Of a stretch of DNA of 55,899 bases, positions 40,022-50,022 are shown piece by piece; the stretch's first letter is position 1, and each line of letters opens with the position of its first letter. Position numbers and translations under genes: made by a program. The stretch is from the IMG/VR virus record IMGVR_UViG_3300032053_000095, positions 1-55,899 of that record; one strand, given 5' to 3'. This stretch comes from a virus (lineage: Duplodnaviria > Caudoviricetes). A model generated the notes under the pieces. That model saw only the letters and a list, made by a program, of their open reading frames with translations. It was not told the origin of the DNA and made no database searches.

Positions 40022-41379
40022 TTATTTCTTTACAAGCTGAAAAGTCGCTTTTCCGAGGTCTTTCACAAGCCCTTCTTTCGCGTATTTCCGAAGAGCCGCG
40101 TAAACCCTGATGTAAGGAGAACATTTCGTGGCTTCCACTTTCACCTTTTCCAGAATCTCCTTCACCTTGACAGGATTCCCTGAACTGAAAGCAGGAGCGA
40201 GTAATTCAAACTCAATAAAGGGTGTTCTCTCTCTCCCCTTTTTCCCTTCCTCCACCTTCCCGTTTCCATTTGCTTTCACTTTCTTCACTTTCTCTTTCCC
40301 TTTCTTCTTTTCCATGTCCTTTACTACCTCCTCTTGGTTTACTTCCCTTAATAGATATCCGCCAGCAACCTCCACTTCATTATCGGTTGCTAAACTTTCA
40401 AGAATAATGAACCCCTTTTTCTTTGAAGCCCTCAAAACCTTCACTACGATTTTCGACCTTTCTGTAATGTAATAATTTCCTAATTGCGCACTTTCCGCAT
40501 AAATTACGCTTCCTTTACTTTCCATAATTTTTCATCCTCCGGCGTTTTGTGTTTCCCTTTCCTTATATATTATACTTTCCTTATTTTATAACTATCTATT
40601 CCCCTATCCTTTATTATTTCTTGCAACTTAAATGTTACCCACCATGTCCATTTTTTCATTCCTGTTTTATAATTAATTTCCCTAACTTCAAAATCAGGAA
40701 AATCAGGAAATGATTTTCTTACTCTTTCATCTTTTAAAGTTAATTGAATATGCGCTTTTATTTCTTCCCTTATTTTTTCAAATTCCGGAGGTCTTGTTGT
40801 CATTGACTTCGGATAAGAAACAGCAGAAACCCAAACACCAAACTTACGTCCTGTTTGGTATTCATCAAACATTGATTTCAAAATTCGTGTTATTTCCTTT
40901 ATTAACATCTGTCCTCCGGCGTTTTTGTGCTTCCTTATATTTTGCGTTCAATAAACATGCCGGAAAATCTTATTTTCTCACCTGTCTTTATGTTTTTACC
41001 ATCTATCATGGTTCCTATATGATAAACGTCCATGCCATCACCATTCAATACATTAAACATTCGACTTGTTTCTTTATGATGTTTGTTATCTTTAAAATAC
41101 CCTTCTTCCAAAATAACCACATCGCCTTTTTTAAAATTTACATTGATGCTGTTCATTTGTAACACCTCCGGCGTTTGGTGAGTCCTTGCTTTCTGCTTAT
41201 ATTAATTTCCTAACTTCAAAAACAGCGAAATCAGAAGGATAAGCAGAACCCTTATTTACTTCCTCTGCAAAATCAATCGCTGCTTCTTTCGTGGAAAACC
41301 TTTTAGGAGAGCTAAAACTTACTTCTTTCCCACAAATCCATGTAACCTTGTAACTCATCTTTCTGTTAGCTCTTTTCAT
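40022..41379 (-). other. Four early genes (40022-40525, 40570-40908, 40935-41165, 41197-41379)
   Basis: First genes after the 41425-41453 promoter; each preceded by GCCGGAGG. Confidence 0.65.
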
Positions 41380-41424
41380 CTTCGCGCCTCCGGCAAGTCT
41401 TTTATTTACTATCTACTATACTAT

Positions 41425-41453
41425 ATTATAACCTGTAATTACATAAAAGTCAA
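41425..41453 (-). promoter_or_regulatory. Strong early promoter with TGTAATTACA palindrome in the spacer
   Basis: TTGACT-N17-TATAAT; palindrome at 41434-41443. Confidence 0.88.
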
Positions 41454-41511
41454 GGGTTTTTAAAAAATATCCACATTTGGGTAATTACAAGATAGTTAAT
41501 ACTATATATCA

Positions 41512-41664
41512 TCATTTTTTCCTCTTTTTATCCTCTCTAATAAGGATAGCAATATGTTGAATTAGCAATTCTGACATTGTGATGTTTTTACTCTCCGAAA
41601 ACCTCTGGAATTTAAGAAGCAAATCCGGCTCTATCCTTATCTGCAAAACTTTTGATTTTTCCAT
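41512..41664 (-). CDS. Ribbon-helix-helix transcriptional regulator (50 aa, not in ORF track)
   Basis: Own translation MEKSKVLQIRIEPDLLLKFQRFSESKNITMSELLIQHIAILIREDKKRKK; AAGGAGG SD. Confidence 0.8.
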   Translation of the reverse strand: MEKSKVLQIRIEPDLLLKFQRFSESKNITMSELLIQHIAILIREDKKRKK

Positions 41665-41688
41665 TTTTTAGCCCTCCTTTATATAAGG

Positions 41689-41717
41689 ATTATATTAAGT
41701 CTGTAATTACTTGTCAA
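41689..41717 (-). promoter_or_regulatory. Consensus promoter of the RHH gene with GTAATTAC operator in the spacer
   Basis: TTGACA-N17-TATAAT; palindrome at 41703-41710. Confidence 0.9.
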
Positions 41718-41725
41718 GAGGACAT

Positions 41726-41790
41726 AAAAAAAAAGAGAGTTCCCTTGAAAGGGATGCATCAGGAAGGATGATGCTTGGCTCTCTCTTTTT
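41726..41790. terminator. Branched, possibly bidirectional terminator ending the lysis operon
   Basis: A-tract-GAGAG...CTCTC-T-tract enclosing two short hairpins. Confidence 0.6.
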
Positions 41791-41800
41791 TAATTTCTAA

Positions 41801-42124
41801 TTAGGAAAAGATTTTACGAAGATCGGATAACCAGTCCACCCCAAAAAACTTAATTAACATAGGTTTAATAGTTCTATCCACCGCTTGTCTAATAAACTTA
41901 TTATCAAACGGATCTAACACGCCAGTATTCGTGTTCAAGTCAATTATGTCTGTAATTGTCTGTAAGAATTTTTCTTCACTTTCAAACAATTCAGATAAAA
42001 TAATCTTCCCTTCTTTAACCTCATTTTTCATCACATCCAAGGTTCCCTTAATAAGATTCTGAACCATTGATGGATACTGCACGATTTCATCTGAAATCTT
42101 TTTTGCAAGTTCCTTACTTTCCAT
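41801..42124 (-). CDS. Hypothetical protein in the lysis module
   Basis: AGGAGG SD; overlaps the holin gene. Confidence 0.6.
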   Translation of the reverse strand: MESKELAKKISDEIVQYPSMVQNLIKGTLDVMKNEVKEGKIILSELFESEEKFLQTITDIIDLNTNTGVLDPFDNKFIRQAVDRTIKPMLIKFFGVDWLSDLRKIFS

Positions 42125-42452
42125 TTGAACCTCCTATTTTATCAAGCACTTTCTCAAAATATCCATAAAGAATTGTTAATGCAATCCCTGAAAAAACCCC
42201 TTCAAGAATCCCTACTGAAAGAGGTTTTATAAATGATAATCCGAAACCAAGTAGAATAGAAATAATAGGGTAACAATCATTTGGAATATTCACCTTGAAT
42301 TTAAAAAGATTAGATAAAATAGAAATAACCTTTTTCACAAATTCAAGCAGAATAAAAATTGAAAGCATAATCTGAACATTGATAAATTTCCCCATAACCC
42401 CAAAATACTGTGAAATCAACTCCGAAACTTGTTTAGCAAAATCTCCATCCAT
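42114..42452 (-). CDS. Holin-like membrane protein
   Basis: Two to three hydrophobic helices, next to the amidase. Confidence 0.75.
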   Translation of the reverse strand: MDGDFAKQVSELISQYFGVMGKFINVQIMLSIFILLEFVKKVISILSNLFKFKVNIPNDCYPIISILLGFGLSFIKPLSVGILEGVFSGIALTILYGYFEKVLDKIGGSNGK

Positions 42453-42464
42453 AATTTCCTCCTT

Positions 42465-43136
42465 TTAAATTAGCTTTGAATCAGGAATTTTCTGCACTAA
42501 ATTCCTAAACTTATCAAGATCAAATTTCTTTCCTGGGCAACTCTTATATGGTAAATCTACCAATAAATTTGCTTCCCTATGCCCTAAAACATTTTCAATA
42601 GGTATATTAAAAACCTTCATATATTTTTTCGTAGTAATTGCTAAAACTTCATACTTTTCAGATGATGGCTCCATAATATCAAAACATCCACATAAACAAA
42701 TTCCTATCGCTTTATCATTCCACTTTTTAGTGTGCGCTCCGTTCATAGTTAAAGGTCTGCCCGAATAAACCATCAATTTATTATTTACTTCTTCTATTAA
42801 AGCATTATATCCTATCGTTAAATCTGGTAATTCAAAAACTTTCCCTTTTCCTTCTTTCTGCATTTTAAAATATTCAGCTTTTGAAACTATCTCATAATCT
42901 ACCCTATAAGAAGTATGATATTTCCAAATCGCATCCATATCTTTTATTTGCTCATCTTTCGTAAAACTATGATGTTCGATAATATAAGTGAAATTTTTCC
43001 ACCTTAACATATCATCATTAAATAAACCTTTATTCGCTTCTATAACATCCATAGCTTTAATTTCTTTTATATAGGTTTGAATTATACGAGGTCTAAATTT
43101 CCTGTTTAAAAAATAACCTTTAATTAAAGAAAACAT
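42465..43136 (-). CDS. Endolysin, N-acetylmuramoyl-L-alanine amidase (Amidase_2)
   Basis: IEHHS, IGYN, GRP..GAH, IGICLCG, LGHRE, KSCPG. Confidence 0.92.
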   Translation of the reverse strand: MFSLIKGYFLNRKFRPRIIQTYIKEIKAMDVIEANKGLFNDDMLRWKNFTYIIEHHSFTKDEQIKDMDAIWKYHTSYRVDYEIVSKAEYFKMQKEGKGKVFELPDLTIGYNALIEEVNNKLMVYSGRPLTMNGAHTKKWNDKAIGICLCGCFDIMEPSSEKYEVLAITTKKYMKVFNIPIENVLGHREANLLVDLPYKSCPGKKFDLDKFRNLVQKIPDSKLI

Positions 43137-43147
43137 AAAACCTCTTA

Positions 43148-43372
43148 TTATTTTCCATATAACTGATTAATTCCATTTATCATATATATTGAAACAATAA
43201 TAATTAATATTTTATCAGTCTTTGTCATTTTATAATTTTTCTGTTCTAAAAATTGCATATTTATTCCAATATTATTATTAAAACTATGTATTACATTTTG
43301 ATTTACTGCTAAATTTCTAAAAGGAATAATAGTAAATCCCATAAATAAAATAATAAATATTATTTTTTTCAC
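43148..43372 (-). CDS. Small membrane protein
   Basis: Two hydrophobic segments; GTG start with GAGG SD. Confidence 0.5.
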   Translation of the reverse strand: MKKIIFIILFMGFTIIPFRNLAVNQNVIHSFNNNIGINMQFLEQKNYKMTKTDKILIIIVSIYMINGINQLYGK

Positions 43373-43526
43373 CTAAAACCTCACTAATCCATGAACCCGG
43401 CAAATATCCTAAGATTCATAATTATAATATCTATATGTAATATTTCTTTTAATCATAAAATAATAACCCTGTTTATACTTCATATTCTCAAAATAATCTT
43501 TGAAAATTTTAAACATTTTTTTTACC

Positions 43527-44090
43527 TCACGGATGCGGGGATGTAATTGTATATGTAATCTCACTCCCGCGATAATAAATATCAACAGAATAAATATATG
43601 TGAGAATAAGGTATGAATAAGTCGTATTACTAATAGTTGCGTAATCAATTGTTGTAGTTTCAACTGAATAGTTCCCTGTCATTCCGGCTAGTGAACTTGT
43701 GTTGGACATTGAGTTAATAGTTCCGTCAGTAAGTAGAACCCTCTGACATAATGTCGTTACAGCATTAACTGCAGTAGGAGATGAATTATAATAAAAAGAT
43801 TTGATCTTTGTTATTATTGCACCATGGGGTAAGTGAACTGGATAGCCAGCTGAAGCAGTATCGGCTGGATGAGCTCCGGCATATTGTCCGGCATAAACAT
43901 AATATGAAACATCCTGATCATGTAATTGGTATCCATAAATATTTAATGTTGTATATCTTATTTTAGCCGGAGAAAATGCAAAGTTTCCACTTATATACAT
44001 CTCCTTATCATTTTCAGCAAGGGCATCCATCATTGAATATTTCAATAATGTTTTGTACTTAAATGTCGTCGATAAATCAGAGTAACTCAT
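43527..44090 (-). CDS. Tail-tip/receptor-binding protein, paralog 2
   Basis: PVHLPHGAIIT jelly-roll motif; similar to 44097-44666. Confidence 0.65.
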   Translation of the reverse strand: MSYSDLSTTFKYKTLLKYSMMDALAENDKEMYISGNFAFSPAKIRYTTLNIYGYQLHDQDVSYYVYAGQYAGAHPADTASAGYPVHLPHGAIITKIKSFYYNSSPTAVNAVTTLCQRVLLTDGTINSMSNTSSLAGMTGNYSVETTTIDYATISNTTYSYLILTYIYSVDIYYRGSEITYTITSPHP

Positions 44091-44096
44091 AAAACC

Positions 44097-44666
44097 TCAT
44101 GGCATCGGAGTTGTTATTGTAAAAGTAATAACCGCCGCTCGAAAGGCAACCTCTGCTGCAGAATCATTTGGATCAATACCTATATCCAATTGGTATGAAT
44201 ATAAAGTATTGTCAATTGTTGCTGAAGCAATAGTAGTATCTTCGACTGAATGGTTTCCTGCCGATGAATCTGAATCAGCGTTTGCCATTGTTGTAATCGT
44301 TCCGTCTGTCAGTGTAACTCTTTCAAGAGCGCAAGTTCCGGACGATACGGCATCTGTCCGGTACCAATAAACCTTAAGGCTCGTAACAACGGTACCATCG
44401 GGAAATTGAATCGGACATCCACAGTAAGCAGCAACAGTATTTGAAACGCTTTGAGCATATTGCCCTGCATGAATACTAAAATTTACATTCTGATCATGAG
44501 GAGCAAGATCATAAGGATTAATAGCATAATATCTAGCTTTTGCCGGAGAGAATAAAAAATTTCCACTAACATACATTTCTTTATCATTCTCAGCAAGGGC
44601 ATCTAAATTTTGATAAGTCAGTAATGCCTTGTAAATAAAAGTTGAACTTAAATCAGTATATGCCAT
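44097..44666 (-). CDS. Tail-tip/receptor-binding protein, paralog 1
   Basis: PIQFPDGTVVT motif; shared DALAENDKEMY.SGNF.FSPAK. Confidence 0.65.
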   Translation of the reverse strand: MAYTDLSSTFIYKALLTYQNLDALAENDKEMYVSGNFLFSPAKARYYAINPYDLAPHDQNVNFSIHAGQYAQSVSNTVAAYCGCPIQFPDGTVVTSLKVYWYRTDAVSSGTCALERVTLTDGTITTMANADSDSSAGNHSVEDTTIASATIDNTLYSYQLDIGIDPNDSAAEVAFRAAVITFTITTPMP

Positions 44667-44900
44667 TTATTTTCCCCTAAAAAGAATTTTAAATAATTCC
44701 TTTTTCCAACCCTTAAATATATATTGAGTTTCTTTTTCAGTTTTAATTTCAACTATTTTTTCGTTTTTTCTTACACATATATTACATTGAGTATCAATTT
44801 CAGTTTTTCCAAAAGGACATTCTTGATGTAAAGGTATTCCTGTACTTTCATAGCAAGAAATAATCTTTTTTACTTTTAATTCTAATAATAAAGTTCTCAT
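44667..44900 (-). CDS. Small hypothetical protein inserted in the tail module
   Basis: AGGAG SD; Cys-containing. Confidence 0.45.
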   Translation of the reverse strand: MRTLLLELKVKKIISCYESTGIPLHQECPFGKTEIDTQCNICVRKNEKIVEIKTEKETQYIFKGWKKELFKILFRGK

Positions 44901-44909
44901 TTTATCTCC

Positions 44910-46592
44910 TTACCATAAATAATAAAGTGGCTGTGTCGTACTTCCCGTAGTTGATAAATAACAAAAGTTTTTATCTGACAATGTCGCAGAATCATAATCT
45001 GCTGTTTGAGGAGATATACCATCCCCCTCATCTATACTTGAACCAAGGAAGCACCAACCAATCCCTGATGTATTTATATATGAACCTACTATATTTATAT
45101 TTTTAGGATTAGATTCAAAATCTTTTTTTATTCCTATAACTTCAAATAATTTTTTAGATAAATTTGCTCCTAAATCTGTTACAAATATTCTATTTGCTAA
45201 ATTCATTTTCATTCCATCAAGTCCTGTATCAAATTCAATTGATAAAGGAAGTTCAGGAAGTCCGCCAAATTTATCAATAATTCTATCCGCAAACCATTGT
45301 TGCGCAGCATGATTTACTGAATACCAAGTTTTATCATCATAAGTAAAAGGATTTCTTAATCCAAAGGTTGTTATTGAATTAGTATTTTGATTTACATATT
45401 TATCATCAAGAGTTTCTTCTACTTCACTCCAAGCCCAAGATACTGACCTTTTACAATTTACCGTAACTCTATTTATAATTTTAGATGAATCTCCTTCCAT
45501 ATTTAAAGAAAAAATCTTTTTAGTATCTGCAAATTCCCTATATAAAAGTGATTCTCCGAAACTCGGTTGATATGCTGATAAAGAAATTCTACCTTTATTA
45601 TCTGTATAAATTGAACCTAAAAAATGAACAATAATTTCTTCAATAGTTTCTGAAGCATTTTTATTAAAAGGAATATATCCAGTCAAATCATTATCAATAG
45701 CCGAAATAGCTTCTGTAAAAGATTTATAATTTATATCAACATTATCATCTGATTTTGTATGGTCAAAAGAAAAAACAGCAGTACTCCAAGTATCTATTGT
45801 CCCTGAATCATATCCATAACCTGTTAAAATACTCCAAATAATTTTTCCTGGATTAGTTGTAGTCCATTCAGGAAATTGCCTTGTTGTAAAAGTAAAAGTA
45901 TCTGCTATAACCCAAACTATTGCTCCAGCTTTAATAGTAAATTTTATTCCATGAGTAGTATCTGAATTTTCCGTTCCACTTATCCATGTTGTCCCTGAAA
46001 GCCCGGTTACTGAACCTGTTGCTGAAAAAGTAGCAACCCCATCTGCTCCACCAAGAGTACAAGCAATTGTCCATGTTTCTGATACAACTGCAAATGGTAA
46101 AATTGATATGCTTGAAATAGTTCCATTTCCTGTTCCCACATAAGAAGGAATTAAAGAAGTATTTGGTTCATTAAGTTCTTCATCAATAATTCTCTGTAAT
46201 CCCTCTTGACAAAAAAGATAACAAATTCTTTCATCCATATCTAGTTTTATATCTTTAATATACATAATTGATTCAGTATAATATCCCACGTTTTCAAAAC
46301 CTTCCGAAAATCTTATTTTCTTTCCAATATATACTACTCCATAAAAAATTGAAGTTGCTATTGTAGGAGTAAAAGTATCGGAAGAGTTATCAAAAGAATA
46401 TCTCGTATCACCAGCAGAAATTTTATCAGGAGCAAGTTCTTTTTGCTGGTCATAAGTTGCTCCACCTAAATATTGAACAGTTATATCAGTCCAAACATTA
46501 GTAGTAAGTTCAATCTCAACCTTATCAAGAGGTTTAGAACCTATCTGCTGGTCAATTAAATCATTCCAATAATCATTTGAAACCCTAATCAT
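44910..46592 (-). CDS. Minor tail / baseplate hub-like protein
   Basis: Position after tape measure; IYTDNKGRI, IINRVTV, SITTFG patterns. Confidence 0.75.
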   Translation of the reverse strand: MIRVSNDYWNDLIDQQIGSKPLDKVEIELTTNVWTDITVQYLGGATYDQQKELAPDKISAGDTRYSFDNSSDTFTPTIATSIFYGVVYIGKKIRFSEGFENVGYYTESIMYIKDIKLDMDERICYLFCQEGLQRIIDEELNEPNTSLIPSYVGTGNGTISSISILPFAVVSETWTIACTLGGADGVATFSATGSVTGLSGTTWISGTENSDTTHGIKFTIKAGAIVWVIADTFTFTTRQFPEWTTTNPGKIIWSILTGYGYDSGTIDTWSTAVFSFDHTKSDDNVDINYKSFTEAISAIDNDLTGYIPFNKNASETIEEIIVHFLGSIYTDNKGRISLSAYQPSFGESLLYREFADTKKIFSLNMEGDSSKIINRVTVNCKRSVSWAWSEVEETLDDKYVNQNTNSITTFGLRNPFTYDDKTWYSVNHAAQQWFADRIIDKFGGLPELPLSIEFDTGLDGMKMNLANRIFVTDLGANLSKKLFEVIGIKKDFESNPKNINIVGSYINTSGIGWCFLGSSIDEGDGISPQTADYDSATLSDKNFCYLSTTGSTTQPLYYLW

Positions 46593-46593
46593 T

Positions 46594-47124
46594 TTAATTC
46601 CTTACGGTAAATTCTAAAATAACATTCAAAAGTCTTGCATCTCCTGCCATATTATCCGTTCCACCTGTTCCATCCGCATCTCTTGAAATTTTTAGAATAA
46701 CTAAATCAGAAGGATTCAATCCTGTTGAAGCAATATCAATCGTGGCTTTCGATAAATATTCAGTAGTTCCTTGTACAGTATCTTGAATATATGAAGCACT
46801 TCCCAAAGCAGTATCCCAAATTTCAGTATCAACTCTACCTAAAAGATTTGCCTGCCAAACTACACTTCCGGTTGTCGCCGCAGCTTTCCAGAAAACATGA
46901 ATCTGTATCGCTCCACTATCATAAAATTCATCCATCTGAAAAATCCAATAACAAGATTCATCAGTAGTAGTATCAAAATCAAGTTCATTAAATGTATGAT
47001 TTGTTCCATTAGTCTTTACTAAAGCCGCAGGATTTGTTGTAGGTAAAACTGCTGAAGCCGGGTCAAAAATTAAACAAGGAATAGTACACCTCCAATTAAA
47101 TTTCTTCAAACTCCAATGTTCCAC
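46594..47124 (-). CDS. Minor tail protein (beta-sandwich)
   Basis: LDFD...ESC...ISRDAD...D.M.GDARLL. Confidence 0.6.
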   Translation of the reverse strand: MEHWSLKKFNWRCTIPCLIFDPASAVLPTTNPAALVKTNGTNHTFNELDFDTTTDESCYWIFQMDEFYDSGAIQIHVFWKAAATTGSVVWQANLLGRVDTEIWDTALGSASYIQDTVQGTTEYLSKATIDIASTGLNPSDLVILKISRDADGTGGTDNMAGDARLLNVILEFTVRN

Positions 47125-47749
47125 CTACAACATCAAGCTGCGGAGGTGAAGAAAAAATTACTTCCCAAGCACGAAACACATAATCATTTACAAGTTGATT
47201 ATTATATCTCGTAACTAAATAAAAACTCGTATGTAAATTATGAAATCTCATTGTTTCCGCTTTCTGATTTGAACCTAAAAATGGTTTTCCTATTGATAAT
47301 GAAATTTTATCTTTCGTATTTTTAAATTCCGTAATTAAATTTCCAGCCCTATTCCTTCTTGAAGATTCAAAATAATGTTGATGAATATCTTGAGGTTGAT
47401 TTAATGGCTGTTCTTCAAACAAATAATAATCAGAATAATCTGCTTTATTTACAAAAGCCCATCCAGTCGAAACAACATCTCCAGCCAAAGAAGTATTTAT
47501 TATAAATGAATTTACTTCTCTCCATGGTTGCCAACTTGAAATATAAGGTTTTATTTTCCAATAATAAATTCCATTTCCTGTCGCTGTAAAAGATTTAGTT
47601 GAAACTGCTAACGCATTGTCATCTACAAGAAGCGTAGCCCTGAAATCGATATAAGATTTACTTACCTGAATATGATATGCCGTAGCACTTGTTATGTCCG
47701 CCCAATCACAAGTTATTGAATTATCGTTCTTCAAAATTTCATTACTCAT
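47096..47749 (-). CDS. Distal-tail-like protein with N-terminal FN3/Ig-like domain
   Basis: W..I.SATAYHIQVS...YYWKIK; follows the tape measure gene. Confidence 0.6.
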   Translation of the reverse strand: MSNEILKNDNSITCDWADITSATAYHIQVSKSYIDFRATLLVDDNALAVSTKSFTATGNGIYYWKIKPYISSWQPWREVNSFIINTSLAGDVVSTGWAFVNKADYSDYYLFEEQPLNQPQDIHQHYFESSRRNRAGNLITEFKNTKDKISLSIGKPFLGSNQKAETMRFHNLHTSFYLVTRYNNQLVNDYVFRAWEVIFSSPPQLDVVGGTLEFEEI

Positions 47750-47758
47750 AATTTTCTC

Positions 47759-49468
47759 CTATCCTATAAATTGCTGACCTGTTTTTTTAAGTAATCTTTG
47801 AAGTGGTTGAAAAATATGCTCTCTCGTAACCTTATCCCACTTCGCTTCATCTCCCTCAATAAGAGTTCCATTTATATGTACCGTTAGGTAAACATTATTT
47901 CCTGAACTTTCTCTTTCTTGCTGTTGTGGAGTTGAAACTTTTTCTCCTCCGTGAGCCATAATCATTACCGGAGTTCCTTCTGCTCCAGGAATAGTTCCTC
48001 CTCCCTGGAATTGTTGCGCTTGAATTTTAGCAACTTCTACAAGTCCAGCAGCAGTAACTAATGCAGCAGTAATAAATCCTAAAACTCCACCCTCCGCAAA
48101 TGCTTTCGTCGCTCCAAGAGCCGTATTCGCGGTTGCTTCAGCTATCATAAGAGGTTTAAGTGCTTCCCTTCTTTTTTTTGTTTCATTATCAGCATTAGTT
48201 TTTATATTTTCAACTTCTGCCGCATAACTTTGCTCAAGAGATGCTAATAATTCTTTTTTTGCTTTTTCATCTGTAACAGTTTTTTCTATCCTATCTTTTT
48301 CCGCTTTATATTTACTTTCAGAAGAATTTAATGCAGCAGTTTTTTCATTCTCAATTCCCATCGTTTGAAGTTCAAAAAGAGATTCACCTAATGCTGCCGT
48401 TCTTTCTGATACATCCATAGCACTATCTAATGTATCAAGATAAAGCTGCTTTTTCTTTTCAGCAAGTTCCTCCACGTCTTTTATTTCTTTTTCTAATTTC
48501 TCTTTTTTATCTTTCGCTTCTTTATCTCTTATTTCTTTAAGTTTTTTTGATTCTTCTTTTGAAATTTCAACTTTTATTTTTGTTACAGCAATTTCCTTTT
48601 TAGTTCCTTCTATAAATTCAAGTGCGGATTCCCTTGAAGCATCTTGAACTAACATAGTAACGTGCTTCTTTTTCCATAACTCTACATTTTCATCTTTTAG
48701 AAATTGCGTAATTTTATCAGTATCTTTTAGTTGCTTTTCAGCTTCTTTATTAGAACCTGTCAATGCTTCTGTAACTTTATTTATCGTTCCTAATAAATCC
48801 GTTAAACTAGGAATAAGAGCTTCACCAACAGTTTCTTTTAATTCATCTAAATTATTTTGGAATTGTTTTAATTGCCCTGTCCCACTTTTTGCTAATAATT
48901 CCGCTGTTCCTGAAACATGCTTTTGTAAAGTTTCTAATACCGCATTAAATCCTTTCGTTTTTAATTCATTTTCATCTACTATAATTCCATAACGTTTCAA
49001 CATATCATTTTCGCCAAGAGCTGCTTTTCCTACTATCCTAAAAGCAGTTTCTAAATCCATCCCCATAGCAGATGCAAAATCTAAAACTAATGGAGTAATA
49101 GTTTTTATCGTATCTGCCTGAACTCCCATATTTAAAGCAAGTGCCTGCCCTTCGGTAATTGCTTCATGAGTATAGGTAGTTAAAGACATTAAATCTTCTG
49201 CCTGTTTTATAAATGCTTCTCCAGTTCCTTTTCCTGTAATTCCTTGATTTCTTAAAGCGGAATTTAATTTAACCGCTGCCTGTTCTGCTTTTCCAAATTC
49301 AGTAATACAATCCTTGATCCCTTTCGCTAAAACCCCAACTGATAACATAGAACCAAGAGCACCAAAAATCTTAGTAGCGGTATCAGCACCAGAGGTAACT
49401 TTTCCAAGTTCCCCTTTTACTGAATCTCCACCAGATGCGCGTAAAATTATTTCAAGTAAAGAAGCCAT
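47759..49468 (-). CDS. Tail tape measure protein
   Basis: Ala/Gly-rich helical sequence, LKRYGI, coiled coil, FQGGG.IPG..MAHGGEKV. Confidence 0.9.
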   Translation of the reverse strand: MASLLEIILRASGGDSVKGELGKVTSGADTATKIFGALGSMLSVGVLAKGIKDCITEFGKAEQAAVKLNSALRNQGITGKGTGEAFIKQAEDLMSLTTYTHEAITEGQALALNMGVQADTIKTITPLVLDFASAMGMDLETAFRIVGKAALGENDMLKRYGIIVDENELKTKGFNAVLETLQKHVSGTAELLAKSGTGQLKQFQNNLDELKETVGEALIPSLTDLLGTINKVTEALTGSNKEAEKQLKDTDKITQFLKDENVELWKKKHVTMLVQDASRESALEFIEGTKKEIAVTKIKVEISKEESKKLKEIRDKEAKDKKEKLEKEIKDVEELAEKKKQLYLDTLDSAMDVSERTAALGESLFELQTMGIENEKTAALNSSESKYKAEKDRIEKTVTDEKAKKELLASLEQSYAAEVENIKTNADNETKKRREALKPLMIAEATANTALGATKAFAEGGVLGFITAALVTAAGLVEVAKIQAQQFQGGGTIPGAEGTPVMIMAHGGEKVSTPQQQERESSGNNVYLTVHINGTLIEGDEAKWDKVTREHIFQPLQRLLKKTGQQFIG

Positions 49469-49893
49469 TATGCCCTCTCAAAAATAGGAGATATTTTTAC
49501 GAGTTCTTTCATTAAAAAAACTTTAATATCCAAAGTAAGTAATTTAAAAGGAAGTTCATCATCTTTCAAATCATTTTCTTTTTCTACTAATTTAGGATAA
49601 ACAATACCTTTCTCAAAAAACATTTTACAGAACGAATCAGAATCAAGGGAAAGTAAATTTTTCTTAAAATTTTCAGCTACAACTCTACTCGCATTTTCAT
49701 AATTCTGCCCAACTGCCATTTCTTTATAAATTTCTTCTTTCATTTTATCTGTAAATAAATCAATAGCAAGAATAGGTTTAATTATAAATTTCAATTTCTC
49801 TTGCTTTTCAAAAATACTCTTTTTCGGGAATTTATAAAAAACTTTCTTCAATTGCTTATCAAATTTTTCAAGGTAATCATCTTTAATTCCCAT
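49468..49893 (-). CDS. Tail assembly chaperone (by position)
   Basis: Between tail tube and tape measure. Confidence 0.6.
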   Translation of the reverse strand: MGIKDDYLEKFDKQLKKVFYKFPKKSIFEKQEKLKFIIKPILAIDLFTDKMKEEIYKEMAVGQNYENASRVVAENFKKNLLSLDSDSFCKMFFEKGIVYPKLVEKENDLKDDELPFKLLTLDIKVFLMKELVKISPIFERA

Positions 49894-49908
49894 TTAAAAA
49901 CTCCTTTT

Positions 49909-49968
49909 AAAAAAAATAGAGAGCGCTTTGTGGTTGAAAAATCTACCCAACCAAACAGCGCTCTCTTT
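49909..49968 (-). terminator. Long hairpin terminator after the tail tube gene
   Basis: AGAGAGCGCT..TGGTTG/CAACCA..AGCGCTCTCT followed by a U tract. Confidence 0.7.
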
Positions 49969-50022
49969 AATTTGCTTCTTAAAACCGCAACCTTAATAAA
50001 GAGAGAACATTTAAATCAAAAC

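Noticed and set aside
43527-44666. Diversity-generating retroelement or invertible fibre switch
   Set aside because: No reverse transcriptase or recombinase; differences are not adenine-specific; both copies are intact and co-oriented
49468-49893. Programmed frameshift in the tail chaperone
   Set aside because: The ORF stop overlaps the tape-measure start, leaving no room for a downstream extension frame
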